Shown here: piece after piece, positions 15,001-26,713 of the stretch | Numbering within the stretch: position 1 is the stretch's first letter | Layout of the letters: each line of letters opens with the position of its first letter | Assembly (NCBI GenBank): GCA_964016885.1 | Contig: OZ024742.1 | Coordinates: 374,418,001 to 374,482,000 of the forward strand | DNA: 64,000 nt | Source: Eledone cirrhosa | Taxonomy: Eukaryota | Direction of reading: 5' to 3' | Notes under the pieces: generated by a model | Databases searched by the model: none | Seen by the model: only the letters and a program-made list of their open reading frames with translations | Told to the model about the DNA's origin: nothing | Translations under genes and position numbers: made by a program

Positions 15001-18000
15001 AGGGTCTGAGATAGAAACTGTGTTAGAAGATCTATTAATAGTAAGGGAGGATCTGAGATAGAAACTGTTAGAAGATACAGTAATAGTAAGGGAGGGTCTG
15101 AGATAGAAACTGTTAGAAGATACAGTAATAGTAAGGGAGGCTCTTAGATAGAAACTGTGTTAGAAGATATATTAATAGTAAGGGAGTGTCTGAGATAGAA
15201 ACTGTTAGAAGATATATTAATAGTAAGGGAGGGTCTGTGTTAGAAGATATATTAATAGTAAGGGAGGGTCTGAGATAGAAACTGTTAGAAGATACAGTAA
15301 TAGTAAGGGAGGGTCTGAGATAGAAACTGTTAGACGATACAGTAATAGTAAGGGAGGGTCTGAGATAGAAACTGTTAGAAGATATATTAATAGTAAGGGA
15401 GGGTCTGAGATAGAAACTCTATGAGGAGATACAGTAATAGTAAGGGAGGGTCTGAGATAGAAATGGTGTTAGAAGATATATTAATAGTAAGGCAGGGTCT
15501 GAGGTAGAAACTGTTAGAAGATACAGTAATAGTAAGGGAGGGTCTAAAATAGAAACTGTGTTAGACGATACAGTAATAGTAAGGGAGGGTCTGAAATAGA
15601 AACTGTGTTAGAAGGTATATTAATAGTAAGGGAGGGTCTGATATAGAAACTGTTAGAAGATATATTAATAGTAAGTCAGTGTCTGAGATAGAAACTGTTA
15701 GACCCTCCCTTACTATTAATATATCTTCTAACAGTTTCTATCTCAGACACTGACTTACTATTAATATATCTTCTAACACAGTTTCTATCTCAGACCCTCC
15801 CTTACTATTAATATATCTTCTGAGATAGAAACTGTGTTAGAAGATACAGGAATAGTAAGGGAGGGTCTGAGATAGAAACTGTTAGAAGATATAGTAATAG
15901 TAAGGGAGGGTCTGAAATAGAAACTGTGTTAGACGATACAGTAATAGTAACGGAGGGTCTGAGATAGAAACTGTGTTAGAAGATATATTAATAGTAAGGG
16001 AGGGTCTGAGATAGAAACTATTAGAAGATATATTAATAGTAAGGGAGTGTGTGAGATAGAAACTGTTAGAAGATATATTAATAGTAAGGGAGGGTCTGAG
16101 ATAGAAACTGTGTTAGAAGATACAGTAATAGTAAGGGAGGGTCTGAGATAGAAACTGTTAGAAGATACAGTAATAGTAAGGGAGGGTCTGAGATAGAAAC
16201 TGTGTTAGCAGATATATTAATAGTAAGGGAGGGTCTGAGATAGAAACTGTTAGACGATACAGTAATAGTAAGGGAGGGTCTGAGATAGAAACTGTGTTAG
16301 AAGATACAGTAATAGTAAGGGAGGCTCTGAGATAGAAACTGTGTTAGAAGATATATTAATAGTAAAGGAGGGTCTGAGATAGAAACTGTTAGAAGATAAA
16401 GTAATAGTAAGGGGGGCTCTGACATAGAAACTGTGTTAGAAGATATATTAATAGTAAGGGAGGGTCTGAGATAGAAACTGCGTTAGAAGATACAGTAATA
16501 GTAAGGGAGGGACTGAGATAGAAACTGTTAGAAGATACAGTAATAGTAAGGGAGGGTCTGAGATAGAAACTGTGTTAGAAGATATATTAATAGTAAGGGA
16601 GGGTCTGAGATAGAAACTGTTAGAAGATATATTAATAGTAAGGGAGGGTCTGAGATAGAAAGTGTTAGAAGATACAGTAATAGTAAGGGACGGTCTGAGA
16701 TAGAAACTGTGTTAGAAGATATATTAATAGTAAGGGAGGGTCTGAGATAGAAACTGTTAGAAGATACAGTAATAGTAAGGGACGGTCTGAGATAGAAACT
16801 GTGTTAGAAGATATATTAATAGTAAGGGAGGGTCTGAGATAGAAACTGTGTTAGAAGATACAGTAATAGTAAGGGAGGGTCTGAGATAGAAACTGTTAGA
16901 AGATACAGTAATAGTAAGGGGGGCTCTGAGATAGAAACTGTGTTAGAAGATATATTAATAGTAAGGGAGGGTCTGTGTTAGAAGATACAGTAATAGTAAG
17001 GGCGGGTCTTAGATAGAAACTGTGTTAGAAGATATATTAATAGTAAGGGAGGGTCTGAGATAGAAACTGTGTTAGAAGATATATTAATAGTAAGGGAGGG
17101 TCTGAGATAGAAACTGTGTTAGAAGATACAGTAATAGTAAGGGACGGTGTGAGATAGAAACTGTGTTAGAAGATATATTAATAGTAAGGGAGGGTCTGAG
17201 ATAGAAACTGTTAGAAGATACAGTAATAGTAAGGGACGGTCTGAGATAGAAACTGTGTTAGAAGATATATTAATAGTAAGGGAGGGTCTGAGATAGAAAC
17301 TGTGTTAGAAGATACAGTAATAGTAAGGGAGGGTCTGAGATAGAAACTGTGTTAGAAGATACAGTAATAGTAAGGGGGGCTCTGAGATAGAAACTGTGTT
17401 AGAAGATATATTAATAGTAAGGGAGGGTCTGAGATAGAAACTGTGTTAGAAGATATATTAATAGTAAGGGAGGGTCTGAGATAGAAACTGTGTTAGAAGA
17501 TATATTAATAGTAAGGGAGGGTCTGAGATAGAAACTGTGTTAGAAGATACAGTAATAGTAAGGGAGGGACTGAGATAGAAACTGTTAGAAGATATATTAA
17601 TAGTAAGGGAGGGTCTGAGATAGAAACTGTGTTAGAAGATAAAGTAATAGTAAGGGCGGGTCTGAGATAGAAACTGTGTTAGAAGATATATTAATAGTAA
17701 GGGAGGGTCTGAGATAGAAACTGTGTTAGAAGATACAGTAATAGTAAGGGCGGGTCTGAGATAGAAACTGTGTTAGAAGATATATTAATAGTAAGGGAGG
17801 GTCTGAGATAGAAACTGTGTTAGAAGATATATTAATAGTAAGGGAGGGACTGAGATAGAAACTGTTAGAAGATATATTAATAGTATGGGAGGGTCTGAGA
17901 TAGAAACTGTGTTAGAAGATATATTAATCGTAAGGGAGGGTCTGAGGTAGAAACTGTTAGAAGATACAGGAATAGTAAGGGAGGGTCTGAGATAGAAACT

Positions 18001-18478
18001 GTTAGAAGATATATTAATAGTAATGGAGTGTCTGAGATAGAAACTGTTAGAAGATATATTAATAGTAAGGGAGGGTCTGAGATAGAAACTGTGTTAGAAG
18101 ATACAGTAATAGTAAGGGAGGGTCTGAGATAGAAACTGTGTTAGAAGATATATTAATAGTAAGAGGAGGGGGGAGGGTCTGAGATAGAAACTGTGTTAGA
18201 AGATATATTAATAGTAAGGGAGGGTCTGAGATAGAAACTGTTAGACGATACAGTAATAGTAAGGGAGGGTCTGAGATAGAAACTGTGTTAGAAGATACAG
18301 TAATAGTAAGGGAGGGTCTGAGTTAGAAACTGTGTTAGAAGATACAGTAATAGTAAGGGAGGGTCTGAGATAGAAACTGTGTTAGATGATATATTAATAG
18401 TAAGGGAGGGTCTGAGGTAGAAACTGTTAGAAGATACAGTAATAGTAAGGGAGGCTCCGAGATAGAAACTGTTAGAAG
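1..18478 (+). repeat. Large tandem satellite, 45/47-bp unit GAGATAGAAACT(GT)GTTAGAAGATA(TATT/CAGT)AATAGTAAGGGAGGGTCT, about 400 copies, runs off the left edge
   Basis: Unit read directly (GAAAC at 1, 46, 93 gives periods 45 and 47); shorter variants lack GAGATAGA; copy number estimated as length divided by unit. Confidence 0.98.
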
Positions 18479-19790
18479 GTGACATAAATAAACTTGAGAG
18501 AACTTGAAAACCTTTGAAAGATGGTTTGTTAAGAACTGTTAGTGGTGTGTAGATGATAAAAAGGACGACCAAGACTCTTGGAAACATGTTGGTGGGATGA
18601 TGAAGTTGGAAATATGATCGATGAGAAGAGGGAAAGATTCAGCGAGTAAGTGGTATAGTAACAGAAGGGGCTACTTATCAGGATACATGGCAGTCAAGAG
18701 GGTGTAAAGAAGTGGCAAGGACACAGGAGATACATAGAAAAATGTTTAGACCATGTATGGATAGGGAGTAAGGTGAGAGAGGTATTTAAGATTGTAAGAC
18801 AGCCAGAGAGAGTGATGTGATTGAAAGATGAAGATGGATAAATTGTTGTAGACTTGTGTGGAATTAAAGAATGGTGGAAGAGGTATATGGAGAGATTGTT
18901 GAATGTGGAGAATGAATGGGATGGCAACATAGAGAGCAATTTAAGTCTCAGACTGGCTGAGGAAGTAGTGAGAAATATGAAGAGTAGAAGAGCAGCAAAG
19001 GTGGTGGGTATCTGACGAAAGCTTTTGATCGGGTACCACATGAAGTAGTGACATGGGCACTGAAGAGTGTTGGTGGTGGGGAAATGGTTGGTTAAAGTAG
19101 TAATGACATGTAGTGTTGTAAAGAGGAAGGACAGGAACAGTGAGGAGTTTGAAGTGAAAGTTGGGGTACATCAGGGATCAGTATTAAACCCACTACTATT
19201 TGTAGTTGTGATGGAGGTACTGGTCTGAAGTTTAAAGGAGGGTTTACCATGGGAGTTGGTGTATATAAATGTGTGAAAGGATTATTAAATAATGTGGCAG
19301 CTACATTTAAGTGTAAATGTGTATGGAGGGAGCTATAGATGGAAGATGTGGAATAAACAAGGTGGATCAGACTGTGAGACAGTATCTAGAGTGAAATGTG
19401 CATGGAGGTAGTCTGCTAATGAGGAGAGAACTGGAGGGAATGGTATATGCTGCATGTTTGAGAAGTATCAGGATTTATGGGAGTAAGACAGAATAATGGA
19501 AAGAGTGGCAATAAGAATGGTCCAGTGGATGAGTGGAATATCACTGAGAGGAAAACAATGAATTGCAGTAAATGATATAGAAGCAGTGATAGAATGAGAA
19601 GTGACTGGGTGAGAGGAGTGATGGAAATGAATGTGGAAGGAAGTAGAGGAAGAGGAAGACCAAGAAAGACATGGCTAAAGATGATAATGATGGAGGAAAC
19701 GAAAGCCCAGGGAGAGTTGGTGAGGTGAAATGCAGACAATAGGGAAGCTTGTCATGGGACCTGCAAGGCTAGCTCCTGCTTTAGCAGGGA
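18479..19790 (+). mobile_element. Decayed RTE-clade LINE fragment (ORF2 linker, RT and 3' region)
   Basis: Broken frames give KGRPRLLETCWWDDEV, KAFDRVP, KVGVHQGSVLNPLLF and VEGSRGRGRPRKTW, typical RTE ORF2 motifs; many stops and frameshifts. Confidence 0.8.
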
Positions 19791-20101
19791 AGGTGACAGG
19801 CTTGTCATATTTAACTCAGTCCTGGAATATCTCTCAATAGTTCTGCCACCAGTGATAGCCTAGCTTCTTGTTCAGCCATATTAAATCTTTCCAACATAAT
19901 TTTACTTTAGTTATGTTACTATTACCATTTTAGTAATTAAATAATGAATAATTTTATAGTAAATCCCTCCAAATTCTTCAATAACTAGTTCAAATACAGT
20001 GTATTTCATTAGAAATAAGGTAATGAAAGGTCTAAAGGTTTTTCATGTTGTTCTGAAATAGTGCAGTTTAGATAACTTTTAAAAATGTATGCTTTTTCTT
20101 G

Positions 20102-20262
20102 TAACCCTTTGGTTACCATATTTCTAGTGAACTGCCTATGCGTTTTATATTAATATTTAACCTTTTGGTTACCATATTTCTAATGAAATATACTGCCTAT
20201 GTTTTAATATTAATATTTAAACCTTTGGTTACCATATTTCTAATGAAATATACTGCCTACAT
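20102..20262 (+). repeat. Three tandem ~60-bp copies of a MITE terminus (AACCCTTTGGTTACCATATTTCT...)
   Basis: Direct repeats at about 20102, 20158 and 20218; the same sequence begins the TTAA-CCCTT MITEs elsewhere in the window. Confidence 0.7.
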
Positions 20263-20471
20263 GTTTCAATTTTGAAAATAATAAAACAAATTTGAAGCAT
20301 TTAATAAAGTAATTAGTTTTTTCATTAGTAAACTGATTTTTGGAACATTACTTAACAAAAATTACCTTAAAGAACATTTAAAAGAATATTTTAGCTTATT
20401 AATTAAAATGTTAATAGTTTCTTTACTAGTGGCTATATTTTCTTTATAGTGATCAACTATTAATATTATAG

Positions 20472-20685
20472 TCATGAGCAGTGGATTGGCAGAATCAGTG
20501 GAGCGTCGGACATGCTTTATGGCATAGTTATGCCCCTTTACAATTTGAGTTCAAATCACGCCGAGGTCAGCTTTCCGTTTCATCCTTTGAGGTTGATAGA
20601 ATGAAGTACCAGTAAGGCACTGGGGTTCATTTAATTGACATTCTCCTCCTCCCAAATTGTTGGCCTTGTGTCTAAATCAGAAAAC
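20472..20685 (+). mobile_element. tRNA-derived SINE with Nin-like central domain
   Basis: B-box-like GAGTTCAAATC followed by GAGGTCAGCTTT...TTTCATCCTTT...AAGTACCAGT; dispersed copies at 22536, 32777, 33545 (-), 41325, 54870 and 56575. Confidence 0.7.
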
Positions 20686-20902
20686 AATGAGTATACATCT
20701 GTAGAAACCAAGGCAAAATCAGTTGTGTATGAGCAAGACATGGTCACCTTACCTGGCATTTCTCACAAGACAACTCATCTAACTCATGTTGGCGTGGAAA
20801 ACAGTGATGATGATTTGAATTGGGACAACTTCAGTCCAGTAAATGATTTTTTGTGTGTGATGTTACTTTTACTTGATTTTTCAAACTGTCTTCTCTTTCT
20901 AG

Positions 20903-21181
<279 letters not shown>

Positions 21182-21379
21182 TAGGTTTAATAGGTCTGCA
21201 GCACATGTAGAGCGATGAATATGCTGTTCTTTTTTGGTTGGTTAGTAAATCAAGTATAGCCTTCTCTCTTAATTGATGTTACACACACATACATGCATGG
21301 CCCAACCTGCTTCAAATGGAACAACCCGTCTAACCCATGCTAGCATGGAAGGTGGACATTAAACAATGATCATATATAT

Positions 21380-21660
21380 ACGCGGAGGCTAGAAAGAAAT
21401 GAGTTGAGTATGCTCTGATGGATGTGCAATGTTAGTGTGCATGAGTGACATAGCATAAGAAGAATTAGTTGTAGCGTTCAAGAGAGAAGACTGCGGTGGT
21501 ATGGACATATGGTGTATGTGGAAGATAACAGCTGCATAAAGACATGGAAGAGATAGACCCAGGAAGACATGGGATGAGGTTATAAGGACTGACCTTAGAA
21601 AGCTAAACCTTACAACAGAAAGGACTAAAGACTGCGAGGGGTGGCACTACTCAGTACTTA
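21380..21660 (+). mobile_element. RTE LINE 3' fragment
   Basis: VQERRLRWYGH motif and RPRKTWDEVI motif, decayed. Confidence 0.7.
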
Positions 21661-22535
21661 CAATGTGACATTACCTGCCCTCCCCCCTTCCACTAGCACT
21701 CCCTAACAGTCAAGGGTCTTGTTTCAGAGGGGTATCGGGACAAGTCCCCCCCCCCCCCACACACACACACACTTTTTCAAACGTCTATGTTTTATTTTTT
21801 GTTTATTTGATGTAATAAATTCTTTTTAAGCTTATTTTTTTATATATAAAATTTAATTAGCGTAAAATTTTCCTTATGTGATAGGGTCCGGGAGAGGCAC
21901 CATAAGCAATTTATGCTCCTTTAAGAATCAACAAATGTTGGTTTGTCCCCCTCACATTTTAAAGGCAAATGAGGCCCCTGCTAACAGTTATTCTCAACAT
22001 CACTACTTCAACCCCACACACATTCCTGTGAAGTGGTTGGTGATAGGAAGGGCTTCCAGCCATGGAGAGCTTGCCAAGCAAACAAAGAGTCAGGAGGACT
22101 CTTCAGTCATGTCAAAGGACATGACAACTTACTTAGTGTTGGTGATTTACATGATAAATGCACCCAGTACACTCTGTAAAGTTGGTGATAGGAAGTACAT
22201 CCAGCTGTAGAAAACTTGCCAAACAAAGGGTTGGGAAGACCCTCAATTGTGTCAAAGGCTAGCAGGGAAAGTGGACATTAGAACTACAACAATGATGATT
22301 ATAAATTCATAATCTCTTTACGCCGACATTTTATTTTTCTTGGTGCAATACTTGTTTATATACCGTCCCACCCTTGCAAACAGGGAAAGGTGGACGTAAA
22401 ATGATGATGATATTGCTATGGACTTTAATCGATGATATATATATATATGTCACACCCAAACTTTTTTTAAAAGGTTAGTGTCACATAAGATATGTCCTCT
22501 TGCTCTCTGGTTTTGATAAAATAAGAACTAACTAA

Positions 22536-22740
22536 GGTGGTGGCTTGACGGTAATCGGTAGAGTGTCGAACAATGTGCTTTGTGGCATAGTTATATTCTG
22601 AGTTCAAATCCCACCGAGGTTAACTTTATCTTTCCTCCTTACGAGGTTGATAAAATAAAGTACCAGTAATGCACTGGGGTCTGTTTAATCGACTTTCTCT
22701 TCCCCTTCAAATTGCTGGCCTTGTGCCTAAAGAACCATTA
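22536..22740 (+). mobile_element. Nin-like tRNA-derived SINE
   Basis: Same A/B-box head and central domain as the 20472 copy. Confidence 0.7.
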
Positions 22741-22869
22741 TTAGTTTTATTTTTCTTGTATCATGTTACTATTGTATTAAGAGTATTCTCTGTAATATAT
22801 TTGCAGTGTCTAGTAGTGCTATTTTCTGTATGTTATATATATTAATTATTATTTTGATTATAATTACTG

Positions 22870-24430
22870 AAGCATAAAACTTGTGGACCAAATGATGGGA
22901 ACAGTGATAGGTCAACTAATTAAGGAAAGAGTCAAATTGGTTTTGAGCCAGGGAGGAGCACTACAGATGCTCTCTTCCTAGTGAGAACAAGAAAAATTAC
23001 AAGCCATGTGTAAACCAATATATCCAGCTTTTGTTGACATAGAGAAGGCCTTAGACAGAGTTCCACCATCTGTTATCTTGTGATCTCAAGGAAATGGAGG
23101 TAGATGAGTGGCTTGAGAAAGCAGTGCAAGTTGCATACATAGGTACTATCAGTAAAGTGAGAGTGGGTTATGAATTTAGGGAGTAATTCATTCCCTTCCT
23201 GTTTATTACAGTTCTTCAGGCCATAGTAGAGCTGTTTTAGACCGGGTGTCAATGGGAACTTTATGCTGATTACCTGGTTCTTATAACTGAATTTGTGGAA
23301 GAACTAGAGAAGGGATTCCTACTGTGGAAACAGAACTGAGTAAACTTAGCAAAGACCGAAATTTTTGTAAGTAGGAAAGAAAGCATAATTCTGGTCCCCT
23401 GCTCAATATATAAGAAAGGAATAGGTAGAAACTTTATACAATGTACGCATTGTAAAATGTGGGTACACAAAATGTAGTTGAATTGTAGAGAGACCAACAG
23501 AAGACATACACAAGGAGAATTATAAGAACCTTAGTGTAATAAACATCCCCCTATTACAGGAAAGCTCCATAGAAATAATAGATAGCTTCTATTACCTAGG
23601 TGACTGAATTAGCAGTAAAGAGGCGGCTCAGTGGAGCAGCTAGAATAAGAACATGCTGAGTTAAGAAAAATATTGCCTGTGTTGAAACGAAAGGTTTTTC
23701 TCTATGAATGAAAGGCCAGCTGTGTGAAGTGGGATGGTGCGTGGAAGTGGAAGGTGGGCAGCAAATGCAGAGACTGGGTAGAAATGAAGCAAGTATGCTT
23801 CAATGGCTGTGCAATGTAACTATGCATGGATGGGCTGTGAGAGAAACTGGGTATAAGAGGAATCTGATGTAGTGTGTAAGAGGGAAGACTGCACTGGTAT
23901 GGACATGTGATGTGTATGAATGAACTGAGAGAAACTGGGTATAAGAGGAATCAGATGTGTTTAAGAGGGAAGACTGCACTGGTATGGACATGTGATAAAC
24001 TGAGAGAAAAACTGGTTGAGAGGAGTCAGATGTAGTAAGAAGGAAGACTGCTGGTATGGACATGTGATAAACAGAGAAACTGGGTATAAGAGGAATCTGA
24101 TGTGTGTGAGAGGGAAGACTGCTCTGGTGTGGACATGTGATGAACTGAGAGAAAAACTGGGTATAAGAGGAATCTGATGTAGTGTGTAAGAAAGAAGACT
24201 GTGTTGGTATGAACATGTGATGTGTATGAATGAGAACGCTAAGTAAAGACATGCAAAAAAAATTCCAGCAGAGGGAAGCTGCAGTAGCAGTAGACCAAAG
24301 ATGTGGGCAGATGAGAATTGATCTCATATTGTTGAAGTTCACAGAGATGACATAAGATTATGATAAATGGAGGGAGGCGGTACTGGAAAAGGCTCATCAA
24401 AGCCATACATAAATGGAGAAGTGGATGTAT
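22870..24430 (+). mobile_element. Decayed RTE LINE (RT to 3' end) with an internal tandem amplification
   Basis: AFVDIEKALDRVP, ELYAD, FYYLGD remnants; the LHWYGHVM segment is repeated five times at 23839-24232. Confidence 0.75.
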
Positions 24431-24615
24431 AATGATGATAGCTTGCAGTGCTAAACTAAAATCCATTTGTGTAATATAAGTGAGTCTGAGAGACTAAGGG
24501 GAATTGACAAGAGTTTGTGTAAAGATGGAAATGGTCAGTTTTTACATGGTTTTGTGTCCTTCGTTGTAATTTTTCAATTTCATGTTTAGTTTCTGAGAAA
24601 TATTTTCATATTTAG

Positions 24616-24689
24616 CTTCAGAGATTCCAGAACATTGTGTCATCCTGTGAAAGGGCCTTAAAATCAGTTTCTGACCAAATTGCAGAAGC
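24616..24689 (+). CDS. ZFR: ZFR-like exon B: LQRFQNIVSSCERALKSVSDQIAE(A)
   Basis: TTTAG acceptor at 24614-5, GTAAGT donor at 24690; 74 nt, phase 0 to 2; continues exon A in frame and resembles [20 protein letters not shown]. Not in the ORF track. Confidence 0.92.
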
Positions 24690-24754
24690 GTAAGTGTTCC
24701 TTGCTTAAATCATATAATTGCTTTGATATGTGTATGTATTTGAGTAGTGGTAAT

Positions 24755-24794
<40 letters not shown>

Positions 24795-24927
24795 TACTTG
24801 GGGAGTTATATATCACAGTGAGTGGGTTCTGTTATTATTTCTGGCAATATTATTACAACAATATGACCCTCCCCAAGTATAACAATATTTGTTTCGACAC
24901 GATTTCATATCAAAAACGTTGCAAAAC

Positions 24928-24973
<46 letters not shown>

Positions 24974-25239
24974 TTGCGAGGTTTTTGATATGAAATCGTG
25001 TCGAAACAAATATTGTTATACTTGGGGAGAGTCATATTGTTGTAATAATATTGCCAGAAATAATAACAGAACACACTCACTGTTTGGTTGGTTTTCGCTT
25101 CTGTATCTTTTATATCAGTTAATTTATTCGGTCCTCAAACACGCGTATGTGCAGAGAAGACATAAATAAATAAATAAATAAATAAATAGATTAAATAAAG
25201 ATGGCGTAGACATACAATACAACAAGAGGAAACATAATA

Positions 25240-25285
25240 GCACCACTGACGATGTTGCAGATGTGCAACGAAAGAACTGTGTTAG
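25240..25285 (+). ncRNA. Hammerhead-ribozyme-like core 1 (probably degenerate)
   Basis: CTGACGA (25246-52), T, stem GTTGCA/GATG/TGCAAC, GAAA (25270-73); the putative cleavage triplet reads CTG, which is non-permissive. Confidence 0.55.
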
Positions 25286-25656
25286 ACTATATATATGTGT
25301 TTGTGTCTATATTATATCTGTATTTTTTACCGTTGGTCAGTCAATGGTAAACATTGAGGACCGAATAAATTAACTGATATAAAAGATACAGAAGCGAAAA
25401 CCAACCAAACAGTGAGTGTGTTCTGTTATTAATTCTGGCAATATTATTACAACAATATGAACCTCCCCAAGTATAACAATATATATATATAACGAAGGAG
25501 TTGGCGTAAGGAACCAGATGGACCATAACGCACCAGAGTACTCAATACTTAGGGTAGTAGAGTGGGTAATAGGAAAAAGTATGACTTCGACGGCTATTTT
25601 TGTCCAGAAATAGCCGTCGAAACGGCTTGAGCTCTGCCGTTGGGGTCATACTTTTT

Positions 25657-25698
<42 letters not shown>

Positions 25699-25918
25699 TT
25701 GCAAGGTTTTTGATATAAAATAGTGTTTGCTGAAACAAATATTGTTATAATATTGCCAGAAATAATAACAGAACACACTCACTGTCTGGTTTCGATTGGT
25801 TTTCGCTTCTGTATCTTTTATATCTCTATAGTTAATTTATTTGGCAATCAATGTTTATCATTGATTAACCAACGGTTAAAAGTATAGGTATAAATAAATA
25901 AATATATATATATATAGT

Positions 25919-25964
25919 CTATCAAAGTTCTTTCATCACACACCTGTGACATCATCAGTGGTAC
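25919..25964 (-). ncRNA. Hammerhead-ribozyme-like core 2
   Basis: Reverse complement reads GTACCA-CTGATGA-T-GTCACA-GGTG-TGTGAT-GAAA-GAACTT-TGATAG. Confidence 0.55.
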
Positions 25965-26017
25965 TATTGTTTCCTCCAATTGTATTGTAATGTTTAAGCC
26001 ATGGTGTAGACATTAAT

Positions 26018-26064
26018 GTACCACTGATGATGTCACAAGGTGTGTGATGAAAGAACTTTGATAG
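26018..26064 (+). ncRNA. Hammerhead-ribozyme-like core 3
   Basis: GTACCA-CTGATGA(26024-30)-T-GTCACA-AGGTG-TGTGAT-GAAA(26049-52)-GAACTT-TGATAG; stem I TACCA/TGATA pairs at 4 of 5 positions. Confidence 0.55.
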
Positions 26065-26713
26065 ACTATATATATCTGTATTTTTAACCATTGGTCATCG
26101 TTCATCATTGTTTAACGTCCATCTTCCACGCTAGCTTGGGTAGGACAGGCTGTCCCTTTGAGAGAGATCAGGTCGGGAGACTGTGATTTGCTCACACACA
26201 ATTGATTTCAGCTTGGTTTCTATGGCTGGATGCCCTTCCTAACGCCAACCACATTTGTGCGCTGGACTCTCTCTATATATATATATAATTCAAATTTAAG
26301 ATATATTTAGCGAGAGAAGAATCATATCATTTGAGAAAAATAGTATTTTCTACATATATATATAATACAAATAATTTTGATACCTTAACATTCTGTGTGT
26401 ATGTGTATATATATATATATATCATCATCATCATCGTTTAATAATCTTCCACGCTAGCATGCGTTAGCTATATATATATATAAATAATAGAAATAGAAAT
26501 GAACACACAAAGAAGTGTTTTGAATTACATGGGCTGAAAACTACTATGGTGCAATGCATATAATCTACAAAAAACGGAAAATATATAATAACTGGAAAAA
26601 GTGAATTAAAATGTACTAATCATTTAAACTCCGGTTTTTCATTTGATATATATATGCACACACACACACACACACATAATTTTAAAGAAATATACTTCCA
26701 TATATTTATATAG

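Larger units (their letters stand above)
24806..26100. mobile_element. Cluster of five partial or near-full copies of a ~300-bp non-coding element in alternating orientation (retrozyme/Penelope-derived candidate)
   Basis: Copies: + 24806-24928, - 24971-25138, + 25200-25481, - 25696-26003, + 26000-26100; shared blocks such as ACAGTGAGTG..TTCTGTTATT and CCCCAAGTATAACAATAT. Confidence 0.7.

Noticed and set aside
1-18478. CRISPR array
   Set aside because: Units are contiguous with no unique spacers, there are no cas genes, and the context is eukaryotic.
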